The position numbers and the translations under genes are program-made. From the NCBI GenBank assembly GCA_964036045.1, contig OZ038379.1:2666001-2730000 (forward strand): 64,000 bases of DNA, given 5' to 3'. Under the pieces are notes generated by a model. The model had not been told where the DNA came from and searched no databases. It saw only the letters and a program-made list of their open reading frames with translations. Each line of letters opens with the position of its first letter. Positions within the stretch are counted from its first letter, which is position 1. Below are positions 23,155-34,469 of the stretch, one piece after another. This DNA comes from Eutreptiella sp. 'Long Island Sound 2002'. Its lineage: Eukaryota; Protista; Euglenida.

Positions 23155-24792
23155 AATTGCAGCACGTCGGTGTTTGCGACATGTTGTGAATACAAGTGAT
23201 CTGGGAACAGCCCCCTCTCTGCCCCAAAAGAAAGGATCTTCTTTGGAACTTCTGGCACAGTACAGTGGTTCCTGATGGTTTCCAAGTAAATGCGGATATT
23301 CACTCTTCTTGCCTGTGAGTGTGACATGCATGCGATCTGCGAGTGGGTATTTCAGCTTGTTCCAAGACTGGCACGATTGTGACAGACATGCACTAGATGT
23401 TTGTGCTATTTTGTTTTTTGCGCTGCGGCTCCCGGCTCCCGGCTCCCGGCTCCCGGCTATCTGGGTGGGCCTCGCAAATGTTTCTGCTCTTGGGTATTTC
23501 GGTGTGTTCCAAGACAGGCGTATGTACACTGCAAGGACTGGATTTTGGGCCCACTGTTGCTTTGCTTGCACCCAAAGACCCCCCCCCCCCCCCGGCCCAC
23601 CAAAAGGTGTCAGCAAAGTGCGATGTGAGATTCTTAGAAAAAATTGCACCCCATTTCCTGGCAAATGCCTGCATGTCGGAGGAACAAAGCACCAAACAAA
23701 TTGCAGCATGTGTTCACAGCTGGTTTTGCCGATTGATGCAATCAAGCAGTTTACCTGCAATCAGAAGCAGGCAAGACCCAGTCCGTCGGTCATGCTGTGA
23801 TACCAATTTTGTGAGATATCAATCTAAATTCAAGGCATCAAGTAAGTTAAGGTTTAACCAATACTATTTATAGTGTACGGCTTGACGTTTTAGCCTGTTG
23901 TGGGCCACCGTGTGTATACATACGACATGGCTGTGGGCAGCTTCGTGTGAACGTGGATAGTCCATTTACTTCAGAATTAGCACTCTGCGCCCAACTCAAG
24001 AACGGGTGCTTCCCCCCCATGTCACATACTGCTTGAGGGTCTGCAATATGCATAGCGTGGAGGAGGGCCATATTTCCGTGGGAAAATGCTGTGCATTTTC
24101 CTCGTCAGCGCCGGCTAACTCATGCGTCGCATAGGCAAGGAGATGGAGGTATGCCTCCAGTGGAAATTGATTTATTGAACACCCATTTGCAATCATTTCA
24201 TAGCCCAATCGCCGTGGAAGAAGAACGGCCTCTATTGGAAATGTTCACCTGACACAACGGCGATAGTTCTGAACTGTCAGGTCGATTGTATTGAAAGCAG
24301 CCCCAAAACGCCCCCTTTTTTTGGCCACTAAATTAGTTTGTCATGCCATTGAGCCCAAATGTTTCGTGGAACAATGTAGCCCATTGCGCGCAAGACCAAA
24401 ATGAAAGGTTTAAAGTAGACAGCCATTGACACTCACTGAAAATGTTGGTACACTGATTTTCAGTTCCGACGAATCTAAAGTTAAGCAAATAATTTTCGTT
24501 TTCCCACAGCAGATACAATGACAGTACAGGACAAGACAGGGACAAGGGAGGGGACGGGACACTATGGAGTGAACAGACCATGCCGCATTAGACTTTTCTC
24601 TCCACAGTTGATGTTTGTAGTGTGGGCTGCTAGTTAGCTACAATTTGCCCGCTCGTACAGCACTATTACGCGCCAACAAAATGGGCACTGCCTGCCTAGG
24701 CGTTGAGCCATCTTGAGGCTCCATCATGCTCTTTTAGAGCCGAACAACGTTGATGTTTGTAGTGTGAGCTTCCAGTCAGCTACATTTTTTTT

Positions 24793-26001
24793 TTGGTATG
24801 CAAGAAGCTAAACGATGACGGGGGGTGTTTGCGACCGACGCGGAAATGCATTCCGCTGACAGTGCCCCGTATCTCCAGTGGAAAAATTGGCGGGATGGAC
24901 CTTCTTCGTCTGCTGTTGCATTCTTTTCGCTTGAAGATCGTGGGGCGATGGCGGCAGCACTTCATGCTCGTCCCTTTTCTTGACGGCCCGGACTTGCAGG
25001 GTGTTGATCTTTTGACTAGATGGGCGGGCCCTGACATGGAGACCCATGAAGTACTGTTGCTCTTGGCAATGTTTGAGCGTGTGTCCGGATTTGTTCTTGA
25101 TGTGTCTTCTGGAGAATGGGTCTGACAGGGCACTGATGCGTCTGCTAGTGCATCTTCTGATGATCCCCAGTTCGTTGGAGAAACTGCTCTTCAACACCAC
25201 ATCGACGAATGTGAACGCCGTATGCAAGAGTTCCGAGGTCCGCGTGTGCCGGCCTTCTCGCACGAAGCAATGACCCATTTGGCACGTGGACCACTACCTT
25301 GGCTCTGGCAGCGTGATGCTGTCCATGCTCTTCGGCGCTTTGTCAAAAGGGACACTAGCAAGGCTGTGCGAGCTGGATGGACTTTGGCCGAAGACGTTTG
25401 GAGGCTGCTGTATCGCTCGGCGGATTCCCCGGGTGCTGCATCCTCGGGCCGGCAGCAAATGCCTGGCCCGACTAAGGCGCCCCTTCGACTTGGTGGTGGT
25501 CCGCCTGGAGCATGCTTTCGCTGTGGCCTTTATGGTCATTGGGCACGCGACTGCGACCGTAGTGTAACAGCATTCGGGCCTCACCCGTCCCAAGCTTCGC
25601 TGCAGCCAGCAGTTGAGTTGTCTCAGCCGACACAAAGGCGTACGCAGCTATCGCAACAGGTGTTCGTAAAAGTACCGGCGCCCGGGCGGAAAGGCGGCTT
25701 TACGCAAGTTGGTGCCCAAACCTTGTATACTGCGTACTCGACAGGCAAGACCTACATTTCCGCACTAAGATATTGGGGTCCTTCGTGGAGTATTCCGAGT
25801 TGCCGGCACGGCCCCCCAATTGTCCCGGCGATCTGCACCTCTCAGGGTCGCTCGACTACATCGCCAGCCGCCGTCGCAAAATCCGTGTCCCGTACGACCC
25901 CGATGCCGTGTGAAAGCAGCTCTCAGACAGCGCCGCGTGCCAGAGTCCCAACACTTCTCAGGCACACGGGAATGTGCCGCCAGCCGCTCTCGCGGCCGTG
26001 A
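24793..26001 (+). mobile_element. Gag-like ORF with CX2CX4HX4C knuckle, one premature stop; retroelement class undetermined
   Basis: ORFs 24793-25125 and 25222-26001 are in the same frame, separated by one TGA. Knuckle CFRCGLYGHWARDC. Preceded by a ~39-bp imperfect direct repeat (24608-24646, 24749-24787). Confidence 0.6.
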
Positions 26002-26099
26002 GGGTGCCTACCCGTCCCGGAGGAGTGCGCTCAGTGCGGTGCCGAGTGGGCAGCTCGTCTCGACCAAGCAGCCTGCCTATTCACATCTCATAAACGTGT

Positions 26100-27740
26100 G
26101 CCTTATGTGGAGACCAGTCACCTGCTTCATCTCTGCTGGTCTGAAGTGACCAAATGTGACCAAATTTTGCGAATCAACCAGACGAGTCTGAAACTTGCCG
26201 GTGTAGCAATGCCGGCGACGGCGCGGGCTTAAGCTAATTTGGGGAATTTCAACCAAAACAACCCGGCAATGGAGGTTATTTTTCGTGTTTAAAGAGGCTA
26301 TCGCCAGCATACCGGTGCCACCAGTCAACTCCACAACTGGTTGCGTAACTTATTTTGATGCCACCGAATTTCAACTGCACGCCATCAGCTTTTTTTATTT
26401 TGCTATGTCGAGCAACTACATAGGAAGGGAAAAAAACACATCGAAACACTGTTGGCGATTCAAATTCTTTTCTTCCTACAACAACTCTACCAATACTCGA
26501 CCACTACGCAAGGCTCGGCATCAATTTGGATTTTGCTTTCTTGAAGACTTTCCACCATATAGTGCCATGCTTTCAAAGCACAATGCCATTAAGCACATCC
26601 GCACCGTCTTTATGCATATCAACTGTTTTTTGTCTGATCTCTGTCGATGTTGGGGTCGTCAGATCTTGAGCATTCATGCGTCCAATTTTTTCAAAATGAA
26701 ATGGATTTTGTAATTTGTGATTTAAGCAAACATGCATCAATTTTAGCGAATAATTTTGCTGATGCCTGTTCCCATTCATACTTGTAGGGAGTCATTGCAT
26801 CACTCACAACGTAGTGGTTTAGTCTAGTTCTATTGCACCCTTGTGTACGCCGTTTTAGCTAGTAACGTACCCGGCCACGACTTACTCGAGGTCACTCAAA
26901 TTTTTAGGCATGGCAGCAGGTGGACAAAGAGGTAAGAAGGTTTCACCACTGCTTTGACTTGGCGTTTCGGTTTCTGTACATTTTTTTGCCCTTTCAACAC
27001 CTCCACCAACCATGGCCTTTGGATTTTCACATGCGGTTGTGTCACAATGTAATTCAATCCATTCCGCATCGGTTGATGTAGAACAATGAACATTTTGCTA
27101 TGAAATATCTTTGTTCTTCGTGCCAAATGATAGAGAAGTTGGCGCCACCTAACTATCGCACTGCTTGTACGCATCCTTCTGTAGACAATGTCACTATGTC
27201 TCTATTGCAAAATTCGTAAAACTGAACCTAGAACGATTCAAAACATTCTACCTAGAATATCAACAATTTGCCCGCACAATGCTTTTATGACACTTGGTTT
27301 TACATCAAATCAATTTGTTTTCCTAAAATGGTTTTTCAAGCAAGTCACTTTGACGACTCGTATACAAAGCAGTTGATTTTTGGATGTTTATGTAAGCTCC
27401 CAAAGCAGCTTTATGTTGAGCTGTCTCACCTTTCTGTCTTTGGAACAACCGTATTTCAGGTTTTGCCATTTGTTTGCTCAAAAAAAAAAACACTCCCACC
27501 CAGCTTGTGTACCAAACATGACACCATACCTTTTATAATATGTTTCAGTGTGTGCAATCCCATCCATTTCTTGATGAATGATCCCACTTGTGCCATAGGT
27601 TGGCTATGTCGACCTGATGTTCATTGCTGAGGAGAAATTTTTGGGTTTGGAACCTTTCACAAGTAACATGCCTAATACAGACCCCCATCAGCAAATTGCA
27701 CCTTGTGCAGGACACAATTGCCTTTTCATTGCACCTCAAC
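26100..27740 (-). mobile_element. Highly degenerate hAT transposase remnant
   Basis: In order on the minus strand: CTRC...RH (BED-like), SSRNGW (first D region), VRWRQLLYHLAR (TRWNS motif), TDAEWIEL, DWWHRY and LKFPKLA*ARAVAGIATPAS (dimerisation domain). Many stops. Confidence 0.5.
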
Positions 27741-29233
27741 GCAACCTATTTGGTATCTCCCTGAGACAGTAATCACGAGGAAACCACAAACACAATCCAC
27801 TCTTGCTTTTCAAAATACTCCCATAGCAACCTCCACTTGCTTCAACGATGCACACAGGGTGAAATAGGATCATTAATAAAAAATTCAATGGGATTGTACA
27901 CAGCGAAAACACTTTGTGGTCTGGTGTCATGCTTGGTGCCGAATTGCTGTGTGTTCCAGTCTGCACAAAGCAGAGCGGAGAACATAACAACCCAACAAAA
28001 CCATTTCGGAAAAAATTATCACCAAACAAAATGAAAACCATGCAACATCTGCCCTCCATGCATGACGGACGCTGATGCAAACCGTGCTTCATCCACCATA
28101 CCTGCAAGGCATGTACCTGTGGTTGTATCCCCCCCCCCCCCCGAAATTTGTTGACGGGCTATTACCCCTCTGAAAATAATCTTGTACTTGGTGGGCATTG
28201 CTTGCATGGCACATTAAATGCAGTGTAACCCTGAGAAGGCCATGGCTGTGCAATGGTAGGAATAGGACTCATTCTTGCCCAATAGCTTTTATTCGTGAAA
28301 TTTCTTGCTTATTCAAACCAACCTCCTGCCTTGATGGCTGCACTCTGTGATTTTGTGCCATTCAACAAAATAAGAAAGCTGATGGGGCGCATTTTGCACA
28401 AAGAATGCAGAGCAACGTATGAACCAACATGTTGACGTGCAAAGTGTTGCTTTGCTTGTATCAACAGCAGCAGCAGCCGCAGCAGCAGCAAGCCATACGG
28501 GACAATCTTGCATTTTTTGCAAGCAAATGACTGACCCTCCTCTGATGAACATTTTAGTCCTGTATGTTGGGTATAATGCTGATCACTGACTGCTGTGTGG
28601 CTGTGAAACCTGACAGCCCACCCAACCAAAATGCCCACCATTGGGGAAAAAGAGCTCACCAGAAGATGGCTGGTTGACCATTAGAGATGCACGCCTCGCT
28701 GCCAACACCACTGAGTCTACTGCCTCATGCAGCAGCCAGAAGAAGGACAGTGAAAAGGGGGGCTGGGGCACCCACCAATTCACACACAAACACAATTTGT
28801 TGCATCAGCCTGTGGGGATCACACTTCCAAATAGCCTCAAGAAACCACCCATCCCTTCACTCTTCAAGCCACCCACTCACCAAAGGCCACCAGGCCCCTT
28901 GTTTTCCCCATTCTTCATTAATCATATGAACAATGTAACCTGACAGTATAATGACGTCAGCCCTGACTAGCCATCATCGGATGAATGCGTGCAACCCAGG
29001 CAGGCACCTTACTTGGCAGCGTGCACTACTTGGCCAGTGTGCTTGGGGCCAAGAGACCGAGGGCCCACCCAGAAAGAGCTTATCTTCCTGGGCCCACAGA
29101 AACGATGCGCCTTATATCCAAAATCCGCGCAGTCGAGCACGGGTAAACGTAGCGGCTTGATATTTCGGAATTAATTCACCTTACCGGTGGCCCGGAAACC
29201 GGAACCACGGGTAGCCCTTCAACAAAGCAGCGC

Positions 29234-31540
29234 TCAGAACACCGGAGAGCGGAGGGCACCACCACCGAACACGCGCATTGGCATTGCACTAGGAACCGGA
29301 ATCGCAGGATAGGCGGGTGCTGGTGCTGCAACTGGAACCATGGGATAGCCGGGAATCGCAGCAAGGCCCACTGGTGGGACCATCATCGGTGGGACCGTCA
29401 TCGGTGGGGGTACTCCAAATGACAGGGGTGGTGGTAGTGGCAGGCTGGTAGTGCCAAATGCGGACATGGGGGGCAGTGTTGGTGGTGGAACAGGCAGGGG
29501 GGTGACCTCTGGCATGGCGAGAGGAGGGGCGGAGGACATGATTTCGGCTGGCTCTGCAGGCTTGGGAGGCGGCATACCAGGCAAACCAGCAAGATCTTCA
29601 GCTGACGGCAGCAGCGACGGCATCTGGACACCCTCTGGAAGTTCAGCCGGGACGTCACCAAGCTTAACCTCTGTGGGAAGATACTTGGGGGGCATCTTTG
29701 TGTACGTTACCTCCTCAGAGTGCACCTGCTTTTTGACCTGCTTCAACTTCGGAACGGGCAGAGGGACTTTGACCACCTTTTCCACAATCTTCTCGACGAT
29801 GTGCTCAACTGGAACAGGGACTTCAACGATCTTGATGACTTCGTGAGGGACCGCAACCTTTTCAATAACTTGGACAGGCACGTCGTAGGGAACTTCTACT
29901 CTGCGCTCCACCACCTTATCTACCACCACTGGGACCTGTCGTTCAACCCACTTGTCCACTGGGTATGGCACGTGAACGGGTGTGGGAACTTCCACTTCTA
30001 CCGGTGTAGGCACAGGAACAGGGCGTTCAACAATCTCTTCCACGATGTTGTCAACAGGATATGGGATGTCGACCTCCTCGATTTCTTCCACGGGTACGGG
30101 GACCTCCACCTCAACGACCTTCGTCACCTTCACAGGGACATGCACAACCCGCTCCACAATTTCCTCCACAGGCACAGGGGTCGGCTTCTGAACAAGTTGC
30201 TCGACAGGATATGGCACTTTCTTCTCGATAATCTTCTCGACAGGAACTTTAACGTGCACGACTTCAGGCACCTGGACCTCACGAATTACTTCGACCTCCT
30301 TTTCGATGATATTCTCAACAGGATATGGGATTTCCTTTTCAATAATCTCCTCTTTGGGGACTGGAATCTGCACAACCTTGACAACTTCGACAGGTGTTGG
30401 CACGTTCCTCACAACGATCTGTTCAATGGGGACTGGAACCTCAACACGCTCAGGGACGGTTACCTCGTAAGGGACTTCAACAATCTTTTCAACAACTTTG
30501 GTGACTGTGTAGGGAACCTCCCTTTCGACAACCTTTTCAACTTCATAAGGAACCTCTTTGTGGATAACTTTCTCCACGGGATGTGGAACCTGAACATACT
30601 GGGGGACTTTCTCCTCCGTCATCTTTTGGACGTGGCGCACCACCTCTTTGGGGACGTCGACTTCAACTTGCTTAACGACCTCCTTTTGCACCGTGTACTT
30701 CTCTTCTCGGACAACCTCCTTTGTCACTGTATGAGGAACAGGGACTTCTTGGGTTACCTTTTTCTGCACTGGCACAGGGATCTCAACCTTCTGCTCCACA
30801 ATCTTTTCAACTGGGACAGGGACTCTTTTGTGAACAATCTTCTCAACTTCGTGCGGAACCTGTTTGTGTACGATTTGCTCCACGGGAACAGGCACTTCCA
30901 CGTGTTGAGGCACTGGGACTTCACGAGGAACGGGGACTTTGCGCTGGATGACTTTTTCAACAGGAACCCCGACTTGGCGATACTCGGTCCTCTGAACCGG
31001 AACAGGAACAAGGCGCTCCACATACTCCGTTTCAGTCCTCACCTCCTGGGGACCAATTGTGATGTTCTGCCCAAACTGTCCAAAATGAGTCGTTCCAAAC
31101 TGCTGCAGGGCTGCAGCACCGAATTGAGCTGCACCAAACTGCTGCGTTTGTGTCGTCATCTGAGCCCCAAATTGCTGCGTTTGTGTCGTCATCTGAGCCC
31201 CAAATTGCTGCGTTCCGAAATGTTGCTGAGCACCAAACTGCTCGCTGCCTTGAATCACCCCAACTTGGGACGTTGATCCGAACTGGGACTGAATCTGCTG
31301 TTGCAGGGCCTGGGTGTCAACGCCAGTCTGCGAAGTTTGCCCGAACTGGGACTGAATCTGCTGTTGCAGGGCCTGGGTGTCAACGCCAGTCTGCGAAGTT
31401 TGCCCGAACTGGGACTGAATCTGCTGTTGCAGGGCCTGGGTGTCAACGCCAGTCTGCGAAGTTTGTCCGAACTGGGCCTGAATCTGCTGTTGCAGGGCCT
31501 GGGTGTCAACGCCAGGCTGGCCACTCATGGGGTAAGACAT
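29234..31540 (-). CDS. Articulin (euglenid membrane-skeleton protein), 768 aa, single exon
   Basis: Long core of VPVPV/V.V.V charged repeats (e.g. VPVPVEKIVEQKVEIPVPV), Q/FG-rich N-terminus and Pro-rich C-terminus. ATG 31540 (MSYPMSGQ) follows a CGCAG acceptor at 31560-31556. The 63 upstream codons of the predicted ORF look non-coding. Confidence 0.93.
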   Translation of the reverse strand: MSYPMSGQPGVDTQALQQQIQAQFGQTSQTGVDTQALQQQIQSQFGQTSQTGVDTQALQQQIQSQFGQTSQTGVDTQALQQQIQSQFGSTSQVGVIQGSEQFGAQQHFGTQQFGAQMTTQTQQFGAQMTTQTQQFGAAQFGAAALQQFGTTHFGQFGQNITIGPQEVRTETEYVERLVPVPVQRTEYRQVGVPVEKVIQRKVPVPREVPVPQHVEVPVPVEQIVHKQVPHEVEKIVHKRVPVPVEKIVEQKVEIPVPVQKKVTQEVPVPHTVTKEVVREEKYTVQKEVVKQVEVDVPKEVVRHVQKMTEEKVPQYVQVPHPVEKVIHKEVPYEVEKVVEREVPYTVTKVVEKIVEVPYEVTVPERVEVPVPIEQIVVRNVPTPVEVVKVVQIPVPKEEIIEKEIPYPVENIIEKEVEVIREVQVPEVVHVKVPVEKIIEKKVPYPVEQLVQKPTPVPVEEIVERVVHVPVKVTKVVEVEVPVPVEEIEEVDIPYPVDNIVEEIVERPVPVPTPVEVEVPTPVHVPYPVDKWVERQVPVVVDKVVERRVEVPYDVPVQVIEKVAVPHEVIKIVEVPVPVEHIVEKIVEKVVKVPLPVPKLKQVKKQVHSEEVTYTKMPPKYLPTEVKLGDVPAELPEGVQMPSLLPSAEDLAGLPGMPPPKPAEPAEIMSSAPPLAMPEVTPLPVPPPTLPPMSAFGTTSLPLPPPLSFGVPPPMTVPPMMVPPVGLAAIPGYPMVPVAAPAPAYPAIPVPSAMPMRVFGGGALRSPVF
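31279..31513 (-). repeat. 63-bp coding tandem repeat, about 3.7 copies
   Basis: Encodes GVDTQALQQQIQSQFGQTSQT; copies differ by very few nucleotides. Confidence 0.95.
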
Positions 31541-34469
31541 ATTACCTACCTGTTCCTGCGAGATGCACGGGATACGGGTTCCAAGATAGCCGTGCAAGCG
31601 CTGTGTTCCATCCCATCCAACCAAATACACACAGGCCCGAATACTGATACTCTGGATCAAAATTGCAGGGAAGCGATGATAATCAGTACTGATTATAGGA
31701 GCCAGGGAGAATGACACAGATTCAGGCAAATCTGGTATTTCCTGCTCCTCCAGACCTCAAGTTCCCGCGGCTGATGCTGTTGGACATTCAAAATAAAATG
31801 GTTCTTCAGAAGAATTGCAACGTGAATGAGCCTAATGATGACCTTAAGAGTGCAGAATGTCGGCTTAGGCGGAGGGAAAGGCCACTTTGCCTTTTGTTCA
31901 ACCGCTCTGAATTGTTGGCTGGAAGATTTTACAATTTAAAAAGCTGCCCATTCGCGTGGTCCAACCTAAAATGGTAGCGTCTTTGTATGTTTGATGCATC
32001 ACATTGTTTCGAAGGCTCATCCAACTTCACATGTGGAAAAATTGTCGCGCACTACTCAAAGTTTGGCATCCGCGTCATTTCCTCGAGGTGTGAAAAATTT
32101 TTCCTCGCACGACATCATTTGTTTGCACATGCCACTTCCAAGTTGTGGTGGCTACTCGTTGTCTTCTCCAAGGTTCCACGAGGTTACGAGCCGAAGGAAG
32201 TGGACACGCTCTTTGTGGCACCTGATGGCTCCGTTTACGAACATCCGGTGGAAGGAGTGGACGTAGGCGTTTGGGTAGTTTACGTATGCTTTGTGTTGAA
32301 GTCCGACTCATCTTGTTTGTTCACACGGCGAAGCACATCGTCTTCAAACTTGCACAGCGGAACTTAGTTTCGCTTATTATTAATACATGTAGCCTCCCTC
32401 ATTCCGGGCCATGTTCCTTGCGGTTGGGGGACTTTCGCATCTAGTGTCACACCCCCGATAGCATGCAACAACCACGTGCCATACTTCTTAGATCATGCTC
32501 ATCCGTCCGTTGTTGTGGTGCACTGTAACGAGGGTATTTCACCACCATGGCAACAAAAAAAAGTCCGCATGGGAGATGCGCTCAACTCGTTCCACGTTGC
32601 GCATTTCGCGTTTGTAGAATGACCCGTTGTCCCGTTATCGAAGACTATTACAATTGCAAGCAGAGCGCCGTGCTCGGTGGGGTGATGAACGTGCTCAAGC
32701 CAAAGAATAAGTCAAAACTATTCCTAATCTTTCACACGTTTTTCCAATGACCCGACATTCTCTCCCCCGTTTCCTCGGCGTTGTTGTGGTTGCACTTGTG
32801 AAGTAAGTAGCAAAACACCACAATCCGATTTGGAGCCCTGTGCACAATCGCGCTTGCGTGAATATCACCCGTAACTCCAAGCTAGCCAACGCCCACCTCC
32901 ATTCCCCTAACCCTCATCACTAACCTCACGACGGGGAGCATTATATATCGCAAGAGCTTCTTGGGTCATTTTTGCTTCTTCGTGGCGCATGTGTGAACTC
33001 CAAGTCTGTTTCCGGGATTCCATCCACGGCTTGGCCAATTTTCACCATCTCCCTGTAACCCGAATTTCAAATTTTTCACACTGATGCATCGAATTTTCAA
33101 TTAAAATCGTATAGGAGCCCGCACGTTTGCCACACACTGGGTAATCAGTCGGGGGGTCAACAACTTTCATGGGTGCATTTGTGGCATCGATCAAATGAAT
33201 ACACACGGAAAGGTCCAAGGGAACCCATTGACAAGTTGATACTTCTGGAACATTTGCCCACGGTCTTCTTGTCACCTCAAGGAGGGAGATTGGGGAAGGT
33301 TGTGTTGTTGAATCGGGTCCACTCGTGGGAGAGATAACATGGTAGGTTTTAAGTTTGAATGAGAATTCTACGCCTCGCAAACTTGACATGCCTCCACAGA
33401 AACCGTGCAATTATGAATGCATAGGGATGCATGGGGAGGACTCCAAGGATTCGGTGATGTCGCCAAAAATCGTAGTGCCTACACAGTGAAGCAAGTGGTC
33501 ATTTCGCGGGATGCCCTTGAATGGCCAACTGACCCATTTCATCGCCTCTATTACAACTTCCGTCCCCTGGTTATTCGGCCCCCGGCCCGTACATCAACAT
33601 CCGACCAAGCCCGACCATTCTTTATTCCTTGTGTGGGATGTAAAGATACATTGTGTCATGTGATGTCGAACATTATGCCTAGACAATGCCCAACAATGTG
33701 CAATCCCATGGAATGTGCGTCTTGACATGTCTTCCTTGGTGGGCCGAGTAGAAGACATGAACAAGGGATGACAAAGTGATTGTGACTCCACTCATGCCGT
33801 GGACGAGTCTGACAAATTGACCATGTGGAATTTTCTAGCGAAGACCGAAGAATACGAATCGTAATGAACAAAGTGTAAGGCAATCAAGACATGCAAACGC
33901 GGCATTGGATTGCGGATAGGTGCGTTTTTTGTTCGGGTACGGATTAGCTCTCAATGTAAACTCATGGCATCAATCCATCGTTCAACACAACAAACGATCC
34001 CTCATGCGGAATGTGATTCACGCATCACATACTAAAAAGATATCTCTGACGAATTGCACTGGTACGTTGCTCACCACACATTTCAAAAAGGAATATTTGA
34101 TTCATGTTGCTGTTGTTTAAGGCGACAGGGTGCTCACCGTGTGGACTTTGTTGTTAGGTGGAGGGGTAGCTTGAGTCATGTGCAAGAGCTAGCAACACAA
34201 ATTTGTGATCACAACCATTGGTTTCTGAAGAACCGTGCAGAAACTGCATGAGATCGGGACTTTAGTTGATGAGTTTTTTGTTCTTAGCTCCTCCTAAAGG
34301 TAGCATGCGCAGTGGTACACTTTCAAACGAAGAACCTAGGATCCGTGAAGGGACACACAGCTTAGCCAACTACAAACAAATATGACCCAGTGGTATGCAA
34401 GTCCCATTGTGGATGCATAAATGTAGACTTGTCAGTGCCCGCGGTCAAGAGGGTGAGCGAAAACCAAAT

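Noticed and set aside
22145-23327. ORFs with VCVCVC/HTHTHT runs
   Set aside because: Translations of (CA)n/(GT)n microsatellites.
24060-24112. Hammerhead-like CTGACGA plus 9-bp hairpin plus GAAA on the minus strand
   Set aside because: Four extra bases (cacg) separate stem II from GAAA, and stems I and III cannot be formed convincingly.
29720-31276. 518-aa plus-strand ORF opposite the articulin
   Set aside because: Antisense shadow of a repetitive V/P/E/K-coding gene; the translation is L/H/N/D/F low-complexity with no motif.
31279-31513. Regular repeats (also 51794-51917 and 21818-22005) considered as CRISPR arrays
   Set aside because: Head-to-tail units with no unique spacers, no cas genes, eukaryotic context; the first is coding.
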